Source: an uncultured Chlamydiae bacterium
GTDB taxonomy: Bacteria; Chlamydiota; Chlamydiia; Chlamydiales; Parachlamydiaceae
Assembly: GCA_963754655.1 (NCBI GenBank)
Contig: CAVWGN010000001.1
Span: forward strand, 2,176,001 to 2,240,000
Direction of reading: 5' to 3'
DNA length: 64,000 bases
Both the position numbers and the translations under genes were made by a program. Below are positions 9,919 to 17,857 of this stretch, piece after piece. Numbering within the stretch: the stretch's first letter is position 1; the number at the start of each line of letters is the position of its first letter. The notes under the pieces are model-generated. The model made no database searches, was not told the origin of the DNA, and saw only the letters and a program-made list of their open reading frames with translations.

Positions 9919-10797
9919 CTATTTGAAAAGCTTCTGTTCTGCAATTTTAAAGTCATCTGGCAAAGGGGCTGTTAAAGACATTTCATTCCCTGTGATAGGA
10001 TGATGAAATTGAATTTCCTGTGCATGGAGAAGTAGGCGGGAAGGCCGGTAAGGACATTGAAAATGCTTGCCATACTGAAAATCTCCTAAGATGGGATGTC
10101 CCATTCCTGCCATGTGAACCCGAATCTGATGCGTACGACCTGTTTTTGGATAGCAAACAACCAATGATGCCATTCGCTTTTTTTTCAATCGTTCCCATTC
10201 TGTACAGGCATAAAGCCCACGCGAGGCGGAAACTTCCCCCCAAATCGTTTGCCCAGCATAAGCTTGTTTTTTGCCTAGGTAATTTTCAACTTTTCCTCTT
10301 GCTGGTTCAATTATCCCATCCACAAGGGCAAGATAACGTTTGCGAACTTGAAATTGTTTAAATTGGCTGACGAGATTTTCAAAAGCTGCGGGTTGTTTAG
10401 CTAGGAGTAAGACTCCTGTTGTATCACGATCAAGACGATGCACTAATTGTATAGACGGAAACATCCTTTTGCAAAGATGTAAAATTCCTTTTTCATCGCT
10501 ATTGATTCCAGAAGGTTTATCATAAACGAGTAAAGCATTGTCTTCGAAAAGAATGCGTGAGGGCTCTATTGCATGAGGAGAAACAAAAGAGAAATCTTGC
10601 TCCAAATGCAAACAGACATGATCTCCTTTTCCCACAATTGTCGAAGCGAATCGCTCCGTCCGCCCATTGATTTCACAGCCATTGTGTTCGATCAAACGCT
10701 TGAGGAAACGAGCCGAATATTGCCCCTCAAGACGCTGACTGAGAAATGATAGCAACTTAGAGCCAGATTCTTCAGGAGTGATCATCCATTCTAACAT
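9919..10797 (-). CDS. RluA/RluD-family pseudouridine synthase with S4-like N-terminus
   Basis: HRLDRDTTG, TGRTHQIRVH, GHPILGD motifs. Confidence 0.92.
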   Translation of the reverse strand: MLEWMITPEESGSKLLSFLSQRLEGQYSARFLKRLIEHNGCEINGRTERFASTIVGKGDHVCLHLEQDFSFVSPHAIEPSRILFEDNALLVYDKPSGINSDEKGILHLCKRMFPSIQLVHRLDRDTTGVLLLAKQPAAFENLVSQFKQFQVRKRYLALVDGIIEPARGKVENYLGKKQAYAGQTIWGEVSASRGLYACTEWERLKKKRMASLVVCYPKTGRTHQIRVHMAGMGHPILGDFQYGKHFQCPYRPSRLLLHAQEIQFHHPITGNEMSLTAPLPDDFKIAEQKLFK

Positions 10798-10825
10798 TTA
10801 AATCATTATAACCAAAAAATTAGGT

Positions 10826-11854
10826 TTATAAAGCTGTAAATTGACCAAGAAAGCGCAAATCATTTTCAGTAAATAAGCGGATATCTTGGATCCCCCTCAA
10901 CATCATCACAAGCCTTTCAAGTCCCATTCCCCAAGCAAAGCCCGTGTATTGTTCTGCATCAATCCCTCCATTGCGCAATACTTCAGGATGAATCATTCCA
11001 GCTCCTGCTATTTCAACCCAGCCGGTTTGTTTACATAAAGGACATCCTTTTCCTTGGCAAACCAAGCAAGTGATATCCACTTCAACTCCCGGCTCGACAA
11101 AAGGAAAATAGCTAGGACGATAGCGAGTGGCAATCTCTTGTGTAAAAAGCTTGCTCAAAAAGTCATCCAGTGTCGCAAACAAATCACCAAATGTGACATT
11201 TTTATCGATATACACAGCTTCTACCTGATGAAAGAAAACGTGTGAACGAGCAGTAATGGTTTCATTGCGATAGACTTTGCCAGGCGCAATGATGCGAATC
11301 GGCGGTTTATTCAGTTCCATGATGCGCGCTTGGATGTTAGAGGTATGCGTGCGCAACAAAACATGCGGAGAAAGGTAAAAGGTGTCTTGCATATCGCGGG
11401 CTGGATGATCGGGAGGAAAATTCAGCACTTCGAAATTATAGTAATCTGAATCAATATCAGGTCCATATTGAACAGAAAACCCCATTCCCGACAAAATGGT
11501 AATGATTCGATCCATGGCTTGCGTCAAAGGATGCTGACCTCCCCTGTAACGGCGTCGTCCAGGAAGAGTGATATCTAATATTTCATGGGCAAGTTGCTGT
11601 TCTTCTTCGCGAACTGTGAGCTCATGTTTGAGCTGGTCGCATTTCGCAGTCACAAACTCTTTGAGATCATTAATTTGTTTGCCGATTTGGGGACGCTGAT
11701 CAGGAGTCACATCACGCAGCATTTGCATGAGTTGCTGCACAGGCCCTTTTTTGCCAAGGTATTTCACTTGGACATTTTCCAAATCATCAGTTGTCTTCAC
11801 TTGAGCGACTTGCTGCAGAAATTGTTCGCGAAGTTCTTCGATACGTTGTTGCAC
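10826..11854 (-). CDS. pheS: Phenylalanyl-tRNA synthetase alpha subunit
   Basis: HPARDMQDTF, LRTHTS, FPFVEP, GFAWGMGLERL. Confidence 0.97.
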   Translation of the reverse strand: MQQRIEELREQFLQQVAQVKTTDDLENVQVKYLGKKGPVQQLMQMLRDVTPDQRPQIGKQINDLKEFVTAKCDQLKHELTVREEEQQLAHEILDITLPGRRRYRGGQHPLTQAMDRIITILSGMGFSVQYGPDIDSDYYNFEVLNFPPDHPARDMQDTFYLSPHVLLRTHTSNIQARIMELNKPPIRIIAPGKVYRNETITARSHVFFHQVEAVYIDKNVTFGDLFATLDDFLSKLFTQEIATRYRPSYFPFVEPGVEVDITCLVCQGKGCPLCKQTGWVEIAGAGMIHPEVLRNGGIDAEQYTGFAWGMGLERLVMMLRGIQDIRLFTENDLRFLGQFTAL

Positions 11855-11895
11855 GGCCTGCCTCTTAGAAATTCTTGACTTTAATGAGTGCGAAT

Positions 11896-11933
11896 AAAAA
11901 AAGAAAGAGCAAAATCAATGATTTTGCTCTTTT
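11896..11933 (-). terminator. Intrinsic terminator after rplT
   Basis: Minus strand: aaagagcaaaatca-t-tgattttgctcttt stem followed by a T run. Confidence 0.65.
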
Positions 11934-11950
11934 GAAGTGATGTTGATCCC

Positions 11951-12307
11951 TTAAACAAGGGCTTCTTTAGCACATCCCACAATCGCTGCAAATCCACCTG
12001 GATCGCTAATTGCCATGTCAGCTAAAACTTTTCGGTTGAGCTCACATCCCGCTTTTTTCAATCCATAAATAAATTTGCTATAGGAAATTCCATTAATTCT
12101 TGCAGCAGCATTTAAACGCATAATCCACAAACTACGAAAATCGCGTTTCTTTTGCTTACGATGGGCATAATTATAAGCCATCGCGCGCATCACCGCACCG
12201 CTTGTTAAACGCAAGTGATTTTTTCTATCTCCAACAAATCCCTTGGCTAATTTAAATAATCTTTTTTTGCGACGATGAGAAGCTACAGCATTGGTTACTC
12301 TAACCAT
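11951..12307 (-). CDS. rplT: 50S ribosomal protein L20
   Basis: [15 protein letters not shown]...[10 protein letters not shown]...LNRKVLAD. Confidence 0.98.
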   Translation of the reverse strand: MVRVTNAVASHRRKKRLFKLAKGFVGDRKNHLRLTSGAVMRAMAYNYAHRKQKKRDFRSLWIMRLNAAARINGISYSKFIYGLKKAGCELNRKVLADMAISDPGGFAAIVGCAKEALV

Positions 12308-12485
12308 AGCTATTCTCCACGTTAATAATTGACCGAAAAACCTAAATTTAGGTTTAAAACGGCTTTAACTTTATAAATATTTTTTCTATCTATTTGCTTA
12401 TCCGATGTCCAGGCTTGCATAGCAAGCATCGATTACCGTCTCTGTACAAACAGACAGCGGCTAAAGAAATTTCTCTAGCCTTATG

Positions 12486-12680
12486 TTATAAGCACATTAA
12501 GCGCTTATAAGTTTTCAAATGACCCTCATCTAAAAGGCCAGGTCGGCGTAACTGACGCTTACGCTTAGCTGTTTTATGGGTTAACAAGTGACGTTTACCT
12601 GGTTGGCTCATTTTAAGCTTTCCTGATCCAGTCACACGAAACCTAGCCGCAACGGCTTTACGAGTCTTCATTTTGGGCAT
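12486..12680 (-). CDS. rpmI: 50S ribosomal protein L35
   Basis: [21 protein letters not shown]; position in operon. Confidence 0.97.
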   Translation of the reverse strand: MPKMKTRKAVAARFRVTGSGKLKMSQPGKRHLLTHKTAKRKRQLRRPGLLDEGHLKTYKRLMCL

Positions 12681-12712
12681 CGTACAGTCTCCTAACTTAA
12701 TGCGATTTAGGT

Positions 12713-13258
12713 TTAAGGAGCTTCGTCTGTCGAACTCTGCTTAGCTCCTTCTTTCTTTTTCTTAGCTCCAGGAGATAAGACCACGAGCAGCATGCGACCC
12801 ATCATCTTAGCAGGAGATTCAGCAATAGAAATATCTTCTAATTCCTGACACATTGTTTGAACAATCTTTTCTCCAATCTCTGGATGCATCATCTCGCGCC
12901 CACGAAATGTACAAGTAATTTTAACTTTATTGCCACTCGTTAAAAATTCGCGAGCATGATTAGTTTTTGTTTCAAGGTCATGAGCATCAATATTAGGTTT
13001 AAGCTTAATTTCTTTTACCTTGATTTGATGCGAAGCCTTTTTATTTTCCTTTTCCCGTTTGCTTTGGTCATATCGGAACTTTCCAAAATTCATGACTTTG
13101 CAAACTGGCGGATTGGATCCTGGAACAATTTCAACTAGATCTAACCCTTGCTCCTCCGCCATAGCCAATGCCTCGTAAAGAGGCACAACACCCACCTGTT
13201 CTCCAGTGTGGCTAATCACGCGGACTTTTGGAGCTCGTATTTCTCGATTAACTTTCAA
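12713..13258 (-). CDS. infC: Translation initiation factor IF-3 (non-AUG start)
   Basis: [32 protein letters not shown] start overlapping the end of the upstream ThrRS-like gene. Confidence 0.96.
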   Translation of the reverse strand: MKVNREIRAPKVRVISHTGEQVGVVPLYEALAMAEEQGLDLVEIVPGSNPPVCKVMNFGKFRYDQSKREKENKKASHQIKVKEIKLKPNIDAHDLETKTNHAREFLTSGNKVKITCTFRGREMMHPEIGEKIVQTMCQELEDISIAESPAKMMGRMLLVVLSPGAKKKKEGAKQSSTDEAP

Positions 13259-15011
13259 GTGATTTATTTTCTCCTCTTATTGCCGTCCTTTCCTTCATAA
13301 GCATAGGACACAAAGATTCTTGATACACTTTATTTAAAAATACCTCTATATCAACAGATTGATTTTGATTAAATCCTTCTGCTCTTCTTACGCTGATCTT
13401 CTGTTTAATTCTCTCTTGCTCTCCTATCAGGACAAGATAGGGAACATTTTCTTTTTCAGCCTCGTGGACCCTTGTGCTTAATTTTGCTTGTCGTGTATCT
13501 AATTTGACTCGCAATCCTTTTTGCTGCAAACGTTGGCTCACTTGCCGCGCATAGACCCGATTCGATTCACCAATTGCCATCACTCGCACTTGCTCGGGAG
13601 CTAACCAAAAGGGAAACACTCCTTCATAGCGCTCGATTAATAAGGCAATAAAGCGGTCAAAGGAACCCCAAATATGCCGTGTCAAAATGACCAACTTGCT
13701 TTCTGCTTGCTGAGCCAATAAAGGATGGAGCTCTTTTAAATGCTGAATGACATTTAAATGAGAAACCGGCCATTCGCGCCCCAAAACATCATGCACTCGC
13801 AGCTCAAGGCGAGGACTCGCTGCCCCTTCTTCCTCTTGTAACTCACAAGAGTAAGGATAAGACCGAGGGTGGGTTTGAATCGCTTGTTTTAACCATCCAA
13901 TGGCTTCTTGTTCTTGTCGAGCTTTAGGACTTTTCTGTCGTGAAGCAATCAAGTACCACTGAGCCTCAAAACCAAACATTGTAATGATTTGTTCAATGAA
14001 ATGCAAGGAAGAAATTAATTCCGAAACAACTTGGTCTTTAAGACAGCAAATTGTCGCGTGATCGATCAAATAGGCGCACTGACAAAAGAGTCCCCACGAC
14101 TGAGACTCGGGATATTGGTGAAAAATAGGCGAATATTCAATCATCCTCCAAGGGAGTTCGTCTGGATCTGGGGAGAAATTTCTCAAAAACTCGAGGTGCT
14201 GCCTCAAGAGAGAAGAACGCAATCTATACTCTTGCCCTTCAAAGAGAAAGGGCTCCAACGCTTGGGGATCCTCTCCTAAAAACTCTAACTTTGCAGCTAG
14301 CGGAGAGGAAAATGAAGCCTCATCTTCAGGCAATTGCTGCTTTAACCAATTGATGAGAATCTGCTGCAATTGAATCCCCTTGGGATGCCACATCACCCCT
14401 AATTTACCCATGGGCTTAGAAAAACTAAAAAGATTAAGCCTAGGACCTAGCATGCGATGATCTCTCTTTTTCAAAAAAGAATCATATTTTTTTAAAAAAA
14501 TTTTTAAATCTTTTGAGGTTTTTTGACAGACTCCTAGAAGACGTGTGACCCTCACCTCTTCTTCTTGAATCTGTTTGATAAAATGACAGGACTCTAGAAG
14601 CTTAATCGAGCCGATTTCATGAGTGCTAGTCAGGGAAAGCGAAGGGCATAAGTCATAGAATTCCTCAATTTGCACGAGTTCTAAAATATTGGAACTTTGT
14701 TCACCTACCTGTTCAGCCAAGAGAAAATGCGCGCGATGTTCAAGCAACGCCTGAGCATTTTCCCGCATCATGCTAATGAAACGCACAGGATGGTTTTCTT
14801 TGATAAAGCGGTGCAAATGAACCTCGATCAATTCTAGCATGCTCTCTGTCAAGGGATTTTCAAAAATAAAATCATAGTAGAAGCCTAAAGAATTGATTCC
14901 CCCACCGACTAGGATGACATTGGGAAACAACTGCCATCCCACTAACGCTAAGACCTTAGCTGCCAAATAGCGTTGCTCAATGAAATTTGAAGAAGGTTGA
15001 GAATTGTCCAT
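13248..15011 (-). CDS. Threonyl-tRNA synthetase-like protein with degenerate catalytic and editing sites and a conserved anticodon-binding domain
   Basis: GFYYD, RDHR, WHPKG, GSFDRFIALLIE, FPFWLAPEQV and VPYLVLIG are recognisable. The MNCP motif, motif-2 Arg and HxxxH are absent. Confidence 0.85.
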   Translation of the reverse strand: MDNSQPSSNFIEQRYLAAKVLALVGWQLFPNVILVGGGINSLGFYYDFIFENPLTESMLELIEVHLHRFIKENHPVRFISMMRENAQALLEHRAHFLLAEQVGEQSSNILELVQIEEFYDLCPSLSLTSTHEIGSIKLLESCHFIKQIQEEEVRVTRLLGVCQKTSKDLKIFLKKYDSFLKKRDHRMLGPRLNLFSFSKPMGKLGVMWHPKGIQLQQILINWLKQQLPEDEASFSSPLAAKLEFLGEDPQALEPFLFEGQEYRLRSSLLRQHLEFLRNFSPDPDELPWRMIEYSPIFHQYPESQSWGLFCQCAYLIDHATICCLKDQVVSELISSLHFIEQIITMFGFEAQWYLIASRQKSPKARQEQEAIGWLKQAIQTHPRSYPYSCELQEEEGAASPRLELRVHDVLGREWPVSHLNVIQHLKELHPLLAQQAESKLVILTRHIWGSFDRFIALLIERYEGVFPFWLAPEQVRVMAIGESNRVYARQVSQRLQQKGLRVKLDTRQAKLSTRVHEAEKENVPYLVLIGEQERIKQKISVRRAEGFNQNQSVDIEVFLNKVYQESLCPMLMKERTAIRGENKSLES

Positions 15012-15036
15012 AAAGGGGATAAAGTTAGGTAAGAAA

Positions 15037-15110
15037 TGAGATATAGCTGACTCGAACAGCTGACCTCCACGATGTCAACGTGGCGCTCTAACCAACTGAG
15101 CTAATATCTC
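15037..15110 (-). tRNA. tRNA-Val(GAC), CCA not encoded
   Basis: GAGATATTAGCTCAGTTGGTTAGAGCGCCACGTTGACATCGTGGAGGTCAGCTGTTCGAGTCAGCTATATCTCA folds as a cloverleaf. Confidence 0.95.
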
Positions 15111-15125
15111 ATGGAAAGAATTAAG

Positions 15126-15155
15126 AAGATAACTGATTACAAGAATTTTATTCAA
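15126..15155 (-). promoter_or_regulatory. Possible sigma66 promoter for the tRNA-Val/ThrRS-like operon
   Basis: TTGAAT-18-TATCTT just upstream of the tRNA. Confidence 0.4.
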
Positions 15156-15180
15156 GACCAAAATTTTGCAAATTAAAATC

Positions 15181-15241
15181 TTACCACATGCGCCGTAAAG
15201 CCCCCGTCCTTCAGAACGGGGCTTTACGGCGCATGTGGTAA
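15181..15241. repeat. Perfect 24-bp-stem palindrome resembling IS200/IS605 end hairpins
   Basis: ttaccacatgcgccgtaaagcccc ... ggggctttacggcgcatgtggtaa. Confidence 0.7.
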
Positions 15242-15483
15242 ATCGAATGGCATTTTTAGAACTTGAAAAATGGAAATTTCAATCATGGAAGGCTTTGATC
15301 AAAGGCTCGACTTTTTGAATCGTTTGCTTATGGTGAGTTTGTTAAATTTTTATTTTATTTCGAATTGCTGTTTTTTACCCGTCCACCTTGTTTTTAAAGG
15401 TGTCATTTTTATATAATTTTGAAGACAATCAACTCATGTTCCTTCTCCAACTCCTACTTGGAAGCAAAAATCCACAGAAAACT

Positions 15484-16035
15484 ATGCATAGCGAACTGGA
15501 TGTTTTAAAAGACATATGTTCCCAATTAGACAGTAATGAAATCTCCTATATGTTGACAGGATCATTTGCTGCTAATTTTTATGCTCTTCCACGTATGACA
15601 AGAGACATTGATATTGTCATTGAAATATACCCACAGAATGTTGAAAAAGTTTATAGAATTTTTCAGAAAGACTTTTATATAGATAAAACATCAATCAATG
15701 AAGCCATCCAACATCGGAATATGTTTAATATTATCCATAATGACCTTTCCCTTAAAATTGATTTTATTATTCGTAAAGATGACGAATATCGTCAAATCGA
15801 ATTTCAAAGAAAAAAAAAGATCTATCTTGATAACATCCCTATTTGGATTGTAACTCTGGAAGATCTTATTATTTCCAAGTTATATTGGGCAAAAGACAGC
15901 CACTCTGAAATACAAATGAAAGATGTTAGAAATCTTCTGCTATCTTCACCGCAAATTGATTTCTCTTACATGAAAGAATGGATAGACAAATTAAATCTAT
16001 TTACCCTGTATGAGAAGGTCAAAATCAATGAATGA
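15484..16035 (+). CDS. Pol-beta-like nucleotidyltransferase (putative toxin/AbiEii-like)
   Basis: YMLTGSFA...PRMTRDIDIVI (GS plus DxD), EDLIISKL; start moved to ATG 15484. Confidence 0.75.
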   Translation: MHSELDVLKDICSQLDSNEISYMLTGSFAANFYALPRMTRDIDIVIEIYPQNVEKVYRIFQKDFYIDKTSINEAIQHRNMFNIIHNDLSLKIDFIIRKDDEYRQIEFQRKKKIYLDNIPIWIVTLEDLIISKLYWAKDSHSEIQMKDVRNLLLSSPQIDFSYMKEWIDKLNLFTLYEKVKINE

Positions 16036-16324
16036 TACTTCTCCTATGATGGATAAAAAAATGCGTGAGATGATCAATGCTAAAGACCCTATAGAACGTC
16101 TAAAAATGGGGTGTTCAATGTATCATACATCACGATATTTAATCGAACGTGCCATATTAGAAAAAAATCCCTCTATTTCCAAAATCGACCTTAAAAAGGA
16201 AATTTTCCTCAAATTTTATCGTGATGATTTTTCACCTGAGGAATGTGAACGAATTATTAAACACCTTCAAACCCATGGAAAAGATCATCTTGAACCCTTG
16301 ACATCGAATCATACCATCAATTGA
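16028..16324 (+). CDS. Small helical partner of the nucleotidyltransferase (putative antitoxin)
   Basis: MNDTSP...ERLKMG pattern; start overlaps the NTase stop. Confidence 0.6.
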   Translation: MNDTSPMMDKKMREMINAKDPIERLKMGCSMYHTSRYLIERAILEKNPSISKIDLKKEIFLKFYRDDFSPEECERIIKHLQTHGKDHLEPLTSNHTIN

Positions 16325-16338
16325 TTAAGGAAGAAATC

Positions 16339-16836
16339 ATGCAAAGTTACACAGTGATTAAAAAGCCCTCTCAAATAGTTATGGGTATTGAATGTCGAAC
16401 CTCTAACGATCCTCAGGCAGGCCCTTATGATATTCCACGCCATTGGAAAAAGTTTTATAGTGAAGACATTATCGATCAAATTCCGAATAAAATTTCCAAT
16501 GAAATCATTGCTCTTTATTGCGATTATGAAGGCGATTATACCCAGCCCTATTCATTAGTTATTGGCTGTCCTGTGACTTCTCTTGATCTTATCCCTATAG
16601 GAATGGTCGCTAAAATTATTCCAGCTGGATCCTATGCAGTTTTTCGTGCAATAGGAGATTATCCTCAAAGTTTAGTTGAGACTTGGGGACAGATTTGGCA
16701 GCATGTAGACTTAGAACGCACCTATACTGGCGATTACGAGTTATATGTGAATCCATTCACCTCAGAATCAACTCAGGAAGTAGAAGTCTTTATCGCTATC
16801 CAGCGCACATCACTTTCGCAGAAATTGAGCAAATGA
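16339..16836 (+). CDS. GyrI-like / AraC effector-binding domain protein
   Basis: GIECRTSN, YCDYEGDYTQPY, IPAGSYAVF, WGQIW, RTYTGDYELY. Confidence 0.85.
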   Translation: MQSYTVIKKPSQIVMGIECRTSNDPQAGPYDIPRHWKKFYSEDIIDQIPNKISNEIIALYCDYEGDYTQPYSLVIGCPVTSLDLIPIGMVAKIIPAGSYAVFRAIGDYPQSLVETWGQIWQHVDLERTYTGDYELYVNPFTSESTQEVEVFIAIQRTSLSQKLSK

Positions 16837-16902
16837 CTCAAAAGAACAAACGGCTGTTTTCTGCTATTAAAGCATTGAACCTGCCAAAGCCGGCTTAGCT
16901 TT

Positions 16903-17658
16903 TCACTCATGATCATGGCCGTGTTTTGCATTTGCTTGTTGGACCGTGACAGCAATGTGAGCAATATAATAAAGAGAGGTTCCTTCAAAGCCAGAGTCTG
17001 TGCCTACAAAAAGCCACAAACGTCCTTTACTATCTGTTTTCATTCTTAAAGGGTTGCCCTCATTTGTGAACTCTTTAGGCTCAAATTGAGGATTTGAGGG
17101 ATTGACCAAAGAATTAGCTAAGTTGCCTACGACAATGGCATTGTTTCCTCCCTGCGATTGTTCACCCTTATCTACATTCAAGCCATAGGTGCCATTGATA
17201 TCGACCTTATGCGGCTCTATTTTTGATGCTCCAACTTTAAAGTAAACACTTTCACCTGGAGAGCCACCAATACCTATTAATCCGGGAGGAATATCGTTCT
17301 CGATTAGAACATCAAAGGTTAAATCATAGAAAGTATGGGGTTTTAATCCTTTAACCTGACGTTTGATAAACATAAATAAATCATCGCTGTGATTATTTCC
17401 TGTTAAAAATATTCCCTGAGTTAGAATGCGTCCATTAAGCGGTAAGGCAGCCGGAAGAGTAGTCCATCCCCAGGCTAATTCAAAAAAAGCTTCTTGTCCG
17501 ACAGGATAATCAGCAAAATCTCCTTGCCAGCCTTGATTATTCACTGAAAAGTCAAACTTAAAATGCGTTGACTTAGCTTCCACCTGAAAAGATGAGAAAA
17601 TCAAGCAAACGGTAAATAGAAGAAAAAGAGAAAATTTATAAAATACATTCATGATCAT
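16903..17658 (-). CDS. Exported hypothetical beta-rich protein
   Basis: Signal peptide; GWQGDFADYP, GNNHSDDLFMF, WLFVGTDSGFEG. Confidence 0.7.
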   Translation of the reverse strand: MIMNVFYKFSLFLLFTVCLIFSSFQVEAKSTHFKFDFSVNNQGWQGDFADYPVGQEAFFELAWGWTTLPAALPLNGRILTQGIFLTGNNHSDDLFMFIKRQVKGLKPHTFYDLTFDVLIENDIPPGLIGIGGSPGESVYFKVGASKIEPHKVDINGTYGLNVDKGEQSQGGNNAIVVGNLANSLVNPSNPQFEPKEFTNEGNPLRMKTDSKGRLWLFVGTDSGFEGTSLYYIAHIAVTVQQANAKHGHDHE

Positions 17659-17857
17659 TATCCTTTTATTTATGAGAAGACTCAGGATTTATTGAGCAGT
17701 TTATCAAACGGTCTGGATTGATACAAAACCGTTTCCTCTCGAATAGGCGCAATATGCCCCTATCTTGTTCGATTTTTATTACACTAGCATTCTCATAATT
17801 TTCTAGTCGAGGAGCTTTATCTAGAGTAGAAAAGAATGATTTTGGATGAGCAGTTTT

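Noticed and set aside
10826..11854. Absence of pheT next to pheS as an anomaly
   Set aside because: Separation of pheS and pheT is ordinary in chlamydiae.
13248..15011. Calling this a functional thrS, or a plain pseudogene
   Set aside because: The catalytic residues are missing, yet the frame is intact and conservation is domain-selective.
15037..17658. Prophage or integrative element at tRNA-Val
   Set aside because: No integrase and no duplicated tRNA 3' end seen; the islet lies on the 5' side of the tRNA.
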